The position numbers and the translations under genes were made by a program. A DNA stretch of 64,000 nucleotides, taken from assembly GCA_024572335.1 (NCBI GenBank), contig GCA_024572335.1_3052.1. The stretch is one strand, 5' to 3'. Of this stretch, positions 9,424 to 18,885 are shown in pieces. Numbering within the stretch: the first letter of the stretch is position 1; each line of letters begins with the position of its first letter. This stretch comes from a phage. Below the pieces are notes generated by a model. It had not been told where the DNA came from. It made no database searches and was given only the letters and a program-made list of their open reading frames with translations.

Positions 9424-9669
9424 TTATTCACCAATTACTTTCCACAAATCTTCGTTTGCAGTAATCCATTCAGTACGTTGATTTTCTTCATATACTGTAG
9501 AATATGCTGCTTTTTCAGAAGGGAATGTCTGATAATGAGCACCAGAAATTTTGTGAACGTCAGAATAAAGAGGGAAAGCTACTGAAATTTCCTTTCCTTC
9601 AATTTTCTTATTTCCATCTAATTTCTGCTCAAATGTTTTGATATTAACATAACCGCGAGTACTAGCCAT
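9424..9669 (-). CDS. soc: Small outer capsid protein Soc
   Basis: 81-codon ORF matching recalled T4 Soc (MASTRGYVNIKTFEQKLDGNKKIEGKEISVAF...); late promoter TATAAATA upstream, terminator downstream. Confidence 0.85.
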   Translation of the reverse strand: MASTRGYVNIKTFEQKLDGNKKIEGKEISVAFPLYSDVHKISGAHYQTFPSEKAAYSTVYEENQRTEWITANEDLWKVIGE

Positions 9670-9699
9670 GTAATTCTCCTTTTATTTAAATTACATGAT

Positions 9700-9707
9700 T
9701 ATTTATA
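9700..9707 (-). promoter_or_regulatory. Late promoter for soc
   Basis: TATAAATA on minus strand about 30 nt upstream of soc ATG, then SD AAGGAG. Confidence 0.65.
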
Positions 9708-9751
9708 ATAATTCTCACGGCTTTTAAGTCGTCGTTTAAATAAACGAGCTA

Positions 9752-10270
9752 TTAATAACCTCGGTCTTGACGAGCGAAGTTTTCAGCATTTTTCAGATAA
9801 TAAAGTTTAAAGATTTCTTCAGCCGTAAGACCAAGACCTTGGAACATGTTCAGAACGAAATGAAGAATATCAATCATTTCGAATTTAATTTCCAATTGGT
9901 CTTGCGGAGACAAATCAGTAATTAGAGTTTCACGACGTTCACCATGCTGAGCTTTCCACGGCTTCCATACAGCAGATGCATCTTTTTCGCCATTGCTCAT
10001 ACCACCAAGAGAAGTCAGAAGTTCGCGGAATTCATCATCAATATAATCTTTCTGATTACGCAGCCAATCAACAACTTCACCTGCGGTAGCCAAATCATCA
10101 GGATGACGATTATATTCAGGTTTATCTTTAGCTAAACGAATCTGCAGAGATTTCTGCATGTCAAGCATTACCTGTAGCGGGTCTTTTTCATCACCGAGAA
10201 TATCCCAATATTCATTTTGAGCTTTATCAGCGCCTTCGATCAGTTGACTACATTCGTTAAAGTAAGCCAT
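9752..10270 (-). CDS. 56: dCTPase/dUTPase gp56 (MazG-like pyrophosphatase)
   Basis: Track ORF has TTG start; ATG at 10270 (MAYFNECSQ) gives a size matching T4 gp56; MazG-like EExxE/D helices. Confidence 0.8.
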   Translation of the reverse strand: MAYFNECSQLIEGADKAQNEYWDILGDEKDPLQVMLDMQKSLQIRLAKDKPEYNRHPDDLATAGEVVDWLRNQKDYIDDEFRELLTSLGGMSNGEKDASAVWKPWKAQHGERRETLITDLSPQDQLEIKFEMIDILHFVLNMFQGLGLTAEEIFKLYYLKNAENFARQDRGY

Positions 10271-10330
10271 TATTTTTCCTTTCAATTCATTAATAAGTTA
10301 AATAATTATATCATTTGAGTATGTAAGCAA

Positions 10331-11670
<1,340 letters not shown>

Positions 11671-11695
11671 TATATCATCCTCAGCAATTTATTTT

Positions 11696-11725
11696 ATAAT
11701 ACCATAACAAGCTGAGAAAGTAAAC
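11696..11725 (-). promoter_or_regulatory. Early promoter upstream of the 186-aa ORF and dam
   Basis: GTTTAC, 18 nt, GTATTATA; SD GAGGA. Confidence 0.55.
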
Positions 11726-11769
11726 AAATTTATGAAATTTATGATAAATATTAATTTAAAGGAGGATAC

Positions 11770-11970
11770 ATGGTACAAAAATTAATGGCACTTGTTAATG
11801 CCATAAAAGGTAATAAGAAACGTATAGCTTTTACTATTTCTGCTATGATAGGAATTTTACTTTGGAATTTTGTTTTATCGCCAGTTGCTATTGCTCATGG
11901 CGTTAGTATTCCAGTAGTTACTCTTGATACATTCGTAGATTTAGCATTTGCTTTAGTTGGGTTAATTTAA
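11770..11970 (+). CDS. Small hydrophobic membrane protein, the only convincing plus-strand gene
   Basis: 66 aa; strong RBS AAAGGAGG 5 nt before ATG; predicted TM helix; stop codon overlaps gene 61 stop on the opposite strand. Confidence 0.5.
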   Translation: MVQKLMALVNAIKGNKKRIAFTISAMIGILLWNFVLSPVAIAHGVSIPVVTLDTFVDLAFALVGLI

Positions 11971-12995
11971 ATCTTAGCATATTTAGATAGCCGCATTTTA
12001 GCCATCAACCCCTGGGCAATATTATTTTTCATATATTCCATAATTTGTTCAGGGGTTGCACCTTCCTTTCTAATCATATCATTAACATCTTTTGATTTCC
12101 AGGGAGATTTATCCCAAAACATAACCCTTTCTCCTGCATCAACTAATTTAGTCATTCGTTTAATAGTGTCAGGGTGACGAGGTTCATTATCTAAGACCCA
12201 CACTCGTCTATCTTTAAATGGAACAACTTCTAGGTCTAATTGACCACCCGTAATAGCTATACCATTTTCAATAAAAAGTGAATCTATAGGTCCTTCTAGA
12301 ACATATACATCACCATCTTTGACTCGTTCGACTCCATAGATTTTTGTTGCCTCAGGATAAGCTTTGATGGTGATATATTTTTGAGGAGCATCTTTCTTTA
12401 ATGCACGTCCTTGAAAAGACTCAGCTTTTCCGTTAGCATTATAAATTGGAATAACAAGACGAGGCTCAGGTGTTTCCTTTTTATATGTTCCTGGAGCTAT
12501 ACTATTAACTAATTTAGGCCATTCAGTTGTAAACCAAAGATATTTCCATTTATCCTTTGGAATACAACGAGCTTTTACATATTTTATAATTGCATGGTCT
12601 TCCGCCAATTTATCTAATCTGATGCATGACGGAAGAGATTTAATTATTTTCTTCTCAGGTTGTTTAGGAAGTTCTTTAGGTTTTTCTACTGGACGACTTT
12701 TACCTTTTTCTTTTCTTATTTCAAAGATATACTCACGATATAAATCAGGTTCAAACTCCTTTAAATATATTCCGATTGGTGCATGATAGTTACAGTTATA
12801 ACAATGAATATTTCCTTCATTATTATCACCGTAATACCATCCACGGGCTTTATTCTGGTCGGTTTTTGAATCTCCACAAACAGGACATCTAAACCGTAAT
12901 TTAAAAGTTGAACTATTATTTACTTGTGTGAATTTAGGTAAATGAGCTAATGCACGGTATGCAAACTCATTATCAATCCAAGGTATTGATGACAT
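11967..12995 (-). CDS. 61: DNA primase gp61
   Basis: 342 aa; zinc ribbon CPVCGDSK...CYNC; TOPRIM-like EGPIDSL; adjacent to helicase 41 region. Confidence 0.9.
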   Translation of the reverse strand: MSSIPWIDNEFAYRALAHLPKFTQVNNSSTFKLRFRCPVCGDSKTDQNKARGWYYGDNNEGNIHCYNCNYHAPIGIYLKEFEPDLYREYIFEIRKEKGKSRPVEKPKELPKQPEKKIIKSLPSCIRLDKLAEDHAIIKYVKARCIPKDKWKYLWFTTEWPKLVNSIAPGTYKKETPEPRLVIPIYNANGKAESFQGRALKKDAPQKYITIKAYPEATKIYGVERVKDGDVYVLEGPIDSLFIENGIAITGGQLDLEVVPFKDRRVWVLDNEPRHPDTIKRMTKLVDAGERVMFWDKSPWKSKDVNDMIRKEGATPEQIMEYMKNNIAQGLMAKMRLSKYAKI

Positions 12996-12997
12996 TT

Positions 12998-13162
12998 TTA
13001 CTCTTCTTTTTCTTTAGATTCCTCTTTTTTCTTTTTAGGAATCTGTTCAGGACCTTTATTTACTACAGCGCCTGATGTTGTTCCAGTAGAGATATTTTCA
13101 GGACTACCACCTGAATCTCCAGCGACCATATTTTCTTTGATAAATTCTTTATATGTTTTCAT
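12998..13162 (-). CDS. Small low-complexity protein with capsid-targeting-like N-terminus
   Basis: 54 aa ORF not in track (below 60 aa); translated by hand: MKTYKEFIKENMVAGDSGGSPENISTGTTSGAVVNKGPEQIPKKKKEESKEKEE; stop 2 nt before gene 61 ATG. Confidence 0.35.
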   Translation of the reverse strand: MKTYKEFIKENMVAGDSGGSPENISTGTTSGAVVNKGPEQIPKKKKEESKEKEE

Positions 13163-13206
13163 ATTAACCTCTATTCATAAAAGCATTAAAAATTTGGTCA
13201 TCAATA
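13160..13206. repeat. Direct repeat copy A (3' end of the 118-aa gene plus next start codon)
   Basis: About 47 nt, roughly 90 percent identical to 13518..13564. Confidence 0.8.
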
Positions 13207-13520
13207 GATGGCGCAGTAATATTTTCTGCATCATTTAGCAAATCATTAATTTCATCAGATAGCATAACACACGTACCTTTATTTCCTGTAATTGTTACTG
13301 CACAATTACGAACGTTTTCTTTATCAAATTTTAGGTTAATATTTTCATAGTGAAAATCCTTTAATGCCGAATATATCTTTAAAATGAAATTGTCTTTTAC
13401 TACAATAAACCCAACCTCACTATTAAAACGCGGTTCATGGAAACTGTAATAAACCTTTTCATCTATAAAATCGTATGAAATTTTTTCCATTTTTAAATAT
13501 GAAAATTCAGAACTATACAT
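13164..13520 (-). CDS. Hypothetical protein (61.1/61.2 region)
   Basis: 118 aa ATG ORF; C-terminal SIDDQIFNAFMNRG duplicated from upstream gene. Confidence 0.5.
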   Translation of the reverse strand: MYSSEFSYLKMEKISYDFIDEKVYYSFHEPRFNSEVGFIVVKDNFILKIYSALKDFHYENINLKFDKENVRNCAVTITGNKGTCVMLSDEINDLLNDAENITAPSIDDQIFNAFMNRG

Positions 13521-13564
13521 ATTAACCTTTATTCATAAAAGCATTAAAAATTTGATCGTCAATA
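13518..13564. repeat. Direct repeat copy B (3' end of the 213-aa gene plus next start codon)
   Basis: Near-identical to 13160..13206; both encode IDDQIFNAFMN[RK]G-stop. Confidence 0.8.
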
Positions 13565-14154
13565 GAAACTTTTACTTTAGGCTGTTCTTCAAACGGTAAT
13601 TCATATCCACATATTACAATTTTGTGATCGATACCAAAATACACAGAAGCAATATTATTAATATTATTTTCAGTGAAATCTAAATCAACATCAATATCTT
13701 TTTGACTAACGCTCAAAGGATAATTAATACGAATAATTCGATTATCTTTAACAAAGATTCCACCGACATACTCTGTGCTGCGTTTAAAGTTTACACGTTT
13801 CCTAAATGAAAAATATTCAGGTTCTTTATGCGCTCGACTCATAGGGCTTAAAGTGTATTCCGAATATGAAATATCAAATCCTACACCTTCAATATGAGCC
13901 AACGTGTCATGATTAAACCAATTATAATCATATGCCAAATCCATTATATTGTAATATGTGAAAGGCACCGGATTAACATCATGTGTTGTACCTTTAAAAT
14001 CTGCCCAGGCAACGATTTCGTTATCTTTAACAATTACAAAAATTGTGCCAATAAGATATCCACGGTTATTTTCATCAGGCGTTATATTATAACATTGTGC
14101 ATCAGGAAATTTACCGTATTTAAACGGTGGATTTTTGTGCATATAATAAATCAT
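13522..14154 (-). CDS. Hypothetical protein (61.1/61.2 region)
   Basis: Track ORF 13522..14163 has GTG start; ATG at 14154; C-terminal SIDDQIFNAFMNKG. Confidence 0.5.
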   Translation of the reverse strand: MIYYMHKNPPFKYGKFPDAQCYNITPDENNRGYLIGTIFVIVKDNEIVAWADFKGTTHDVNPVPFTYYNIMDLAYDYNWFNHDTLAHIEGVGFDISYSEYTLSPMSRAHKEPEYFSFRKRVNFKRSTEYVGGIFVKDNRIIRINYPLSVSQKDIDVDLDFTENNINNIASVYFGIDHKIVICGYELPFEEQPKVKVSIDDQIFNAFMNKG

Positions 14155-14155
14155 A

Positions 14156-14449
14156 TTATTCACCTGTGATTTCAGTTACGATATTTTTGTTATTAAAGTT
14201 TTTATCGCAATACAAAACATAATTATACTGCATTACACCACCAGACTTAAGCTGTTTTTGTACTTCAGCTTTCATTTCAGGGCGATCACGCTCAACGATA
14301 TTCATAATATCTGCTTCAATCTGAGTTTCAACTTCAGTCTGATCCGCAGTCATAGACCATTCACACAAATCTTTATCATAACCTGCCATAGCAGGCTGAG
14401 CAGCACAAGAAGCTAAAGCAAAAATTGCAGCAAAAACAAATTTTTTCAT
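14156..14449 (-). CDS. sp: Periplasmic protein Spackle-like (Sp)
   Basis: 97 aa with cleavable signal peptide MKKFVFAAIFALASCAAQPAMA; size and position as T4 sp. Confidence 0.6.
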   Translation of the reverse strand: MKKFVFAAIFALASCAAQPAMAGYDKDLCEWSMTADQTEVETQIEADIMNIVERDRPEMKAEVQKQLKSGGVMQYNYVLYCDKNFNNKNIVTEITGE

Positions 14450-14476
14450 GATAATCTCCTCAGTAGTTTATGTTTA

Positions 14477-14507
14477 TATAGTATCTCAATTTCCAACAAA
14501 AGTAAAC
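14477..14507 (-). promoter_or_regulatory. Early promoter upstream of sp
   Basis: GTTTAC, 17 nt, TACTAT; SD GAGGAG. Confidence 0.55.
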
Positions 14508-14509
14508 AG

Positions 14510-14767
14510 TTATTTTAAAACTTCTGCATAATCACATGTTACAAACTGTTTCTCTAACTTGACGATTTTACGAAAGTATCTTTTGCATTGACGAATCTGT
14601 CGCTTCGTAGGACGTACAGCAAACTTAATAAATTCCACTCGACCAAATGGAGGACTTTCTTCTGCTGGAATATCTAACACCAATTCCCACGTATCTGCAA
14701 TAAGTGCTTTGAATTGAGTATTTTTCCTGACGTTATACGGAGTAGGTTTAAATAAAACAATATGCAT
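14510..14767 (-). CDS. Hypothetical protein (61.4 position)
   Basis: Track ORF 14510..14821 has TTG start; ATG at 14767 (MHIVLF) follows SD AGGA and abuts dmd stop. Confidence 0.45.
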   Translation of the reverse strand: MHIVLFKPTPYNVRKNTQFKALIADTWELVLDIPAEESPPFGRVEFIKFAVRPTKRQIRQCKRYFRKIVKLEKQFVTCDYAEVLK

Positions 14768-14768
14768 A

Positions 14769-14951
14769 TTATCCTCGGAAATCCACTTCGCACACTTTCT
14801 TGTCATCAATGAAAGCTTCAACTAATGCTTTATTAACTTCAGCATATTGAGTAGTAGCCCATTGAACGTCATCTTTCATCATTGTGATTTCTTTAGTAAA
14901 CATGCTTTCATTCTTAAACCACCCCATAAAAACTACCTTTACCAATTCCAT
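14769..14951 (-). CDS. dmd: Dmd-like antitoxin (discriminator of mRNA degradation)
   Basis: 60 aa, same length and position as T4 Dmd (gene 61.5) just downstream of gene 41; own early promoter. Confidence 0.6.
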   Translation of the reverse strand: MELVKVVFMGWFKNESMFTKEITMMKDDVQWATTQYAEVNKALVEAFIDDKKVCEVDFRG

Positions 14952-14980
14952 AACAATCTCCTCATTTAACCAACAAGACT

Positions 14981-15010
14981 ACTATACCATAGTCTTGTCA
15001 GCTTGTAAAC
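14981..15010 (-). promoter_or_regulatory. Early promoter upstream of dmd
   Basis: GTTTAC overlapping gene 41 stop, 17 nt, GTATAGT; SD GAGGAG. Confidence 0.55.
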
Positions 15011-16437
15011 TAAAATTTTAATTCATTCGCCAAAGCATCTAACTGAGCTCGAGCTGATTCATTTCTTTGATAGCGATTTTGCTCAGCCTGAATCTGTTGT
15101 GAACCTGCTACTTCGTTCACTTCGGTTGGAGTAGAATCTTGTTCAATTTCTACCCATTTCTGATTTCCTTTTTGAACACCCATCAAAAACTTATTCCACT
15201 TATTCTTATCGCCATATCGTGATTTGATTTGCTTAATGAGTTGTTGTTCAGCAGCTGCTAGCTCCTCGGTTTCAATGACCGCAAGCATAAAATCAGCTGT
15301 TGCTGGAAGACCAGCAGATTCTGCAATATCGCTCATGTTAACATCGGAAGAGTCCCAAGCTTGTTTACCAACCTGTGCTGCAGTCCAAAGAACGGTTTCG
15401 GTTTCAACAGCCAGAGCACGTAATTCCTCTGCAATAGCTTTAACAGTTGTGTAACTATTTTCTGAATAAACTCTAATGCGGCAAGATTTACAAATACCTA
15501 GATAGTCGACAATAATGATTGTTGGAACAAAATTCTTTTTGAGCTTCAATTCATTCAAGAGAGACCTGAATGTATTAGCGTCTGCTCCACCAGTAGGATA
15601 TTGTTTAACGATTAAACGACCGAGAGTAGATTTCTCACGCCATTTTTCCATTTTTCCTTTATACTCAGCGTAAGAAATATGCCCATCATCAATGTCATCA
15701 AGAGAAACATCAAGCATATTAGCATCAATACGCTTAGCACAGACTTCTTCTGCCATTTCCATGGAGATATAAAGAACGTTATGACCAAGCTGCAAATAAT
15801 CTGCTGCTAATGAACAAAGTCCTAATGATTTACCAACGTTAACACCAGCCATTAAAACGTTCAGTGTTCCAGTCTCAGCTCCGCCTTTAGTAATTTTGTT
15901 TAGAATTCTGAGTTTAAATGGAACCTTACGAGCTTTATTCATATAAGATAGCCAACGTGCTTCGTAGTCATCCATCCAATCATGACCAACGTAGCTATCA
16001 AATGAAATTGATAATGCTTGACGCATGATGTCAGGAATAGCACCAACATCCGGCATTTTCTTATTTCGTTTTTCCGGAGGAAGCTCAGCATTAGTTTGAA
16101 TTTCGATTATTTTAGACGTAGCATTAAACATTGCTCGTTGCTGAACATATTTTTCAGTTTCTTTTACTAACCAACTGTGATCTTCTGGAGAATCAACTAG
16201 TTTTGAAATAAGTGTTTTTACACCAGAATATTCTGTTTCAGTAAATGAACTATTTTCTAATGCAACAATTAACGCATTAATAGATGGAACGCTATGGTAC
16301 TCATTAACATGAGATTTAATTAATTTGAATGTATTTTTAGCTGGACCACTTTCAAAATATTCTGAATCCATATATGGCCAAACTTTTGAAAAATAAGCTT
16401 GATCAAATATGAGATGAGAAAGAATAATTTCTACCAC
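15010..16437 (-). CDS. 41: Replicative DNA helicase gp41 (DnaB family)
   Basis: 475 aa; Walker A GVNVGKS; GTG start with strong SD TAAGGAG. Confidence 0.9.
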   Translation of the reverse strand: MVEIILSHLIFDQAYFSKVWPYMDSEYFESGPAKNTFKLIKSHVNEYHSVPSINALIVALENSSFTETEYSGVKTLISKLVDSPEDHSWLVKETEKYVQQRAMFNATSKIIEIQTNAELPPEKRNKKMPDVGAIPDIMRQALSISFDSYVGHDWMDDYEARWLSYMNKARKVPFKLRILNKITKGGAETGTLNVLMAGVNVGKSLGLCSLAADYLQLGHNVLYISMEMAEEVCAKRIDANMLDVSLDDIDDGHISYAEYKGKMEKWREKSTLGRLIVKQYPTGGADANTFRSLLNELKLKKNFVPTIIIVDYLGICKSCRIRVYSENSYTTVKAIAEELRALAVETETVLWTAAQVGKQAWDSSDVNMSDIAESAGLPATADFMLAVIETEELAAAEQQLIKQIKSRYGDKNKWNKFLMGVQKGNQKWVEIEQDSTPTEVNEVAGSQQIQAEQNRYQRNESARAQLDALANELKF

Positions 16438-16446
16438 ACTTACTCC

Positions 16447-16791
16447 TTAAAAGAATTTAAATTTTTTCTTTGACCTTTTATTAAATGCATCTTGTAGTTG
16501 CATTGTAATACATTTTTCTACATGAGGAGCTAACTCAGCTTTTCTTTCTTGGTCAAGAACAGCAAAGTCCATTACAACCTTTCCATCAACCCAATCTAAT
16601 TTTGTCACATACACAATGTGTGTAGAACCATCTTCTAGTTTAATGACAATCTCCTGGATAACATTTTCCATGGCAGATTTAATTATCTTAAGAGATTCAT
16701 TAAAAAGACGTTCTTTTCTTTTTTCTTCCCCCTCCGAAGAGGGGGATTCATCTATAATTTCTAGATCTAAGTCTAAATCATCTTTATTCAT
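16447..16791 (-). CDS. 40: gp40-position protein (head vertex assembly factor in T4)
   Basis: Track ORF has GTG start at 16809; ATG at 16791 overlaps uvsX stop; size about 114-120 aa. Confidence 0.55.
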   Translation of the reverse strand: MNKDDLDLDLEIIDESPSSEGEEKRKERLFNESLKIIKSAMENVIQEIVIKLEDGSTHIVYVTKLDWVDGKVVMDFAVLDQERKAELAPHVEKCITMQLQDAFNKRSKKKFKFF

Positions 16792-17965
16792 TAAATTCTT
16801 CCATACCACTTAACTGCTCGAGGTCAGTTTCTAAATCAGCAGCTGATTTACTTTTACTTTCTGGAGATTTAAATTTTTCAACCTTTGAGTTAATCAATTC
16901 ATCAACTTCAGCTTCAACAATTTCATTACTATCAATAGCACCTAACTGATAAGCACGTTTAATAGCATCTCGGAATGGTTGATGCTTAAATAAAGGACCC
17001 CAGAATGTAGTGCAGTTGGTATCTTTTGCACGCCAAGATTTTTCTTCGCGAATCATCTCGCCGGTTTCTTCGTCAAGAAATTCACGCGCATACCAGCCAT
17101 TTTTAGGTTTTACTACAAATCCTAATTCTAGAGCCATATCTAACAATCCAGAATAAGGATCGATACCACCGTCAAATTTAACATCAATAAAGAATTTACT
17201 TTTTTCTTTAACGGTACGAGATTTTTCTACATTTAGAACAAATTGATATCCCTGAAGATCAGAACCATCTTTAATCTGACGTTTACCGATAATGAATACA
17301 GTATCAGCCGAATACATTACGCCTGTACCGCCTGTCATCACGGTTTTACTAAACATTTCAATTGTTTCAATTGTATGGTTAACCGCAACACATGGAATAT
17401 TTTTAATGCTAAAGTAAGGAGTAACAATACGGAATAATGACTTCAGTGATTTAGCACGAGTCATATCTGCCACAGATTTTTCATTCAAGGCATCTTCCGT
17501 TTCTTTCTTAGAAGCCATATTACCAATTGAGTCGATGAATACAATAACCTTTTCACCACGCTCAATAGCTTCAAGCTGGTTCACCATATCAATTTTCAGC
17601 TGTTCAACTGACTGGATTGGTGTATGAATTACTCGTTCCGGGTCAACTCCCATAGATCGCAAATAAGCTGGAGTGATACCAAATTCGCTATCATAGAATA
17701 GACAAACCGCGTCAGGATATTTGTTCAAATATGCCGCAACCATAGTCAAAGACATATTTGATTTAAAGTGTTTAGAAGGCCCTGCGAAAATAGTTAAACC
17801 AGACTGCATGCCGCCATCAATCGCACCAGAAATAGCAATATTAAGCATTGGGATTTTTGTACGGATTACATCCTTTTCATTAAAGAATTTAGATGTAGTC
17901 AGTTCAGCAGTCATTTTAGAAGTTGAAGCTTTAATCAAACGGGATTTTAAATCTGCAATAGACAT
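16784..17965 (-). CDS. uvsX: Recombinase UvsX (RecA/Rad51 family)
   Basis: 393 aa; Walker A GPSKHFKS; highly similar but not identical to recalled T4 UvsX. Confidence 0.9.
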   Translation of the reverse strand: MSIADLKSRLIKASTSKMTAELTTSKFFNEKDVIRTKIPMLNIAISGAIDGGMQSGLTIFAGPSKHFKSNMSLTMVAAYLNKYPDAVCLFYDSEFGITPAYLRSMGVDPERVIHTPIQSVEQLKIDMVNQLEAIERGEKVIVFIDSIGNMASKKETEDALNEKSVADMTRAKSLKSLFRIVTPYFSIKNIPCVAVNHTIETIEMFSKTVMTGGTGVMYSADTVFIIGKRQIKDGSDLQGYQFVLNVEKSRTVKEKSKFFIDVKFDGGIDPYSGLLDMALELGFVVKPKNGWYAREFLDEETGEMIREEKSWRAKDTNCTTFWGPLFKHQPFRDAIKRAYQLGAIDSNEIVEAEVDELINSKVEKFKSPESKSKSAADLETDLEQLSGMEEFNE

Positions 17966-18042
17966 TCATTTTTTCCATAGGCATCATTATATTTTCCTCA
18001 CTGGTTAAAGATAGAGTAATTATAACACAATAAATTTAGGCA

Positions 18043-18885
18043 TTAATCAACTGCTATCGGATGAATAGCATTAAACTTATGAAATGCTTCTGATTTTTCT
18101 TTGCGCGAAACACACATGCGAAGAACCTTTAATGGCTCGTCTTCTTCACCCAACGATTTTCGTTTTTCAATATTAGAAGTTTTCCAACGAGCTTGCTCTG
18201 GAAACTCTCTATTGATTTGCTCAAGCGCTCTATTATGTTTAGAATTACTACGAATTGAACTGCACCCGCCAGGAGCTTGTGCTTTTCCAGATACAACCAG
18301 ATATTTGAACAAGGCCAAATGCGGATAACCTTGATTAATTAAATTGAGAAATGCATACATATCTTCGCACAAATCAATTTTTCCATACCCAATTTGTTCT
18401 GTAGTAAGTTTTCCGAGGTCATACCATGTATTCGTGAATCCATATGAATTTTCACGATAATTACCCCAAGATGAAGTAATTTTAAAAATAGGTAGACGAG
18501 CATGACCGTGATAATACCCACAATCCATGGCATCTTCGACGTATTGAATCAATTCATAGAACTGTTCACGGGTTAATTGATTGACTTTATCCACACAACG
18601 ACGGTCATCTCTTTTTCGCATTGAACTCATACGAATAGTAGTATCATCGTCAATCATCCAGATTCGTTGACCTGCATACATATCAGTAATTGCTTTACGA
18701 GTACCGGCAATTCCGTTTACATCATCAGGAATAGTTATAATTTTAGCTCTAGACCCATAGGCATCATAATAAGCTTTTTCTTCATGTTCACGCACTACAA
18801 TATGGGGTTCATAATCAGTCGGAAACATATCAAGGGCAGAAACTGCCCCGACACGCTGATAACTTGGAATTACGAATTGAATCAT
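18043..18885 (-). CDS. GT-A fold glycosyltransferase at the beta-gt locus (not T4 Bgt)
   Basis: About 280 aa; GT2-like N-terminus FVIPSYQR and DxD-type motif IWMIDDDTTI; sits between uvsX and gene 42 where T4 has bgt. Confidence 0.6.
   Translation of the reverse strand: MIQFVIPSYQRVGAVSALDMFPTDYEPHIVVREHEEKAYYDAYGSRAKIITIPDDVNGIAGTRKAITDMYAGQRIWMIDDDTTIRMSSMRKRDDRRCVDKVNQLTREQFYELIQYVEDAMDCGYYHGHARLPIFKITSSWGNYRENSYGFTNTWYDLGKLTTEQIGYGKIDLCEDMYAFLNLINQGYPHLALFKYLVVSGKAQAPGGCSSIRSNSKHNRALEQINREFPEQARWKTSNIEKRKSLGEEDEPLKVLRMCVSRKEKSEAFHKFNAIHPIAVD

Noticed and set aside
9391-9585. Plus-strand ORF 9391..9585 starting in the soc terminator
   Set aside because: It begins inside the terminator hairpin and runs antisense through soc; no promoter or SD.
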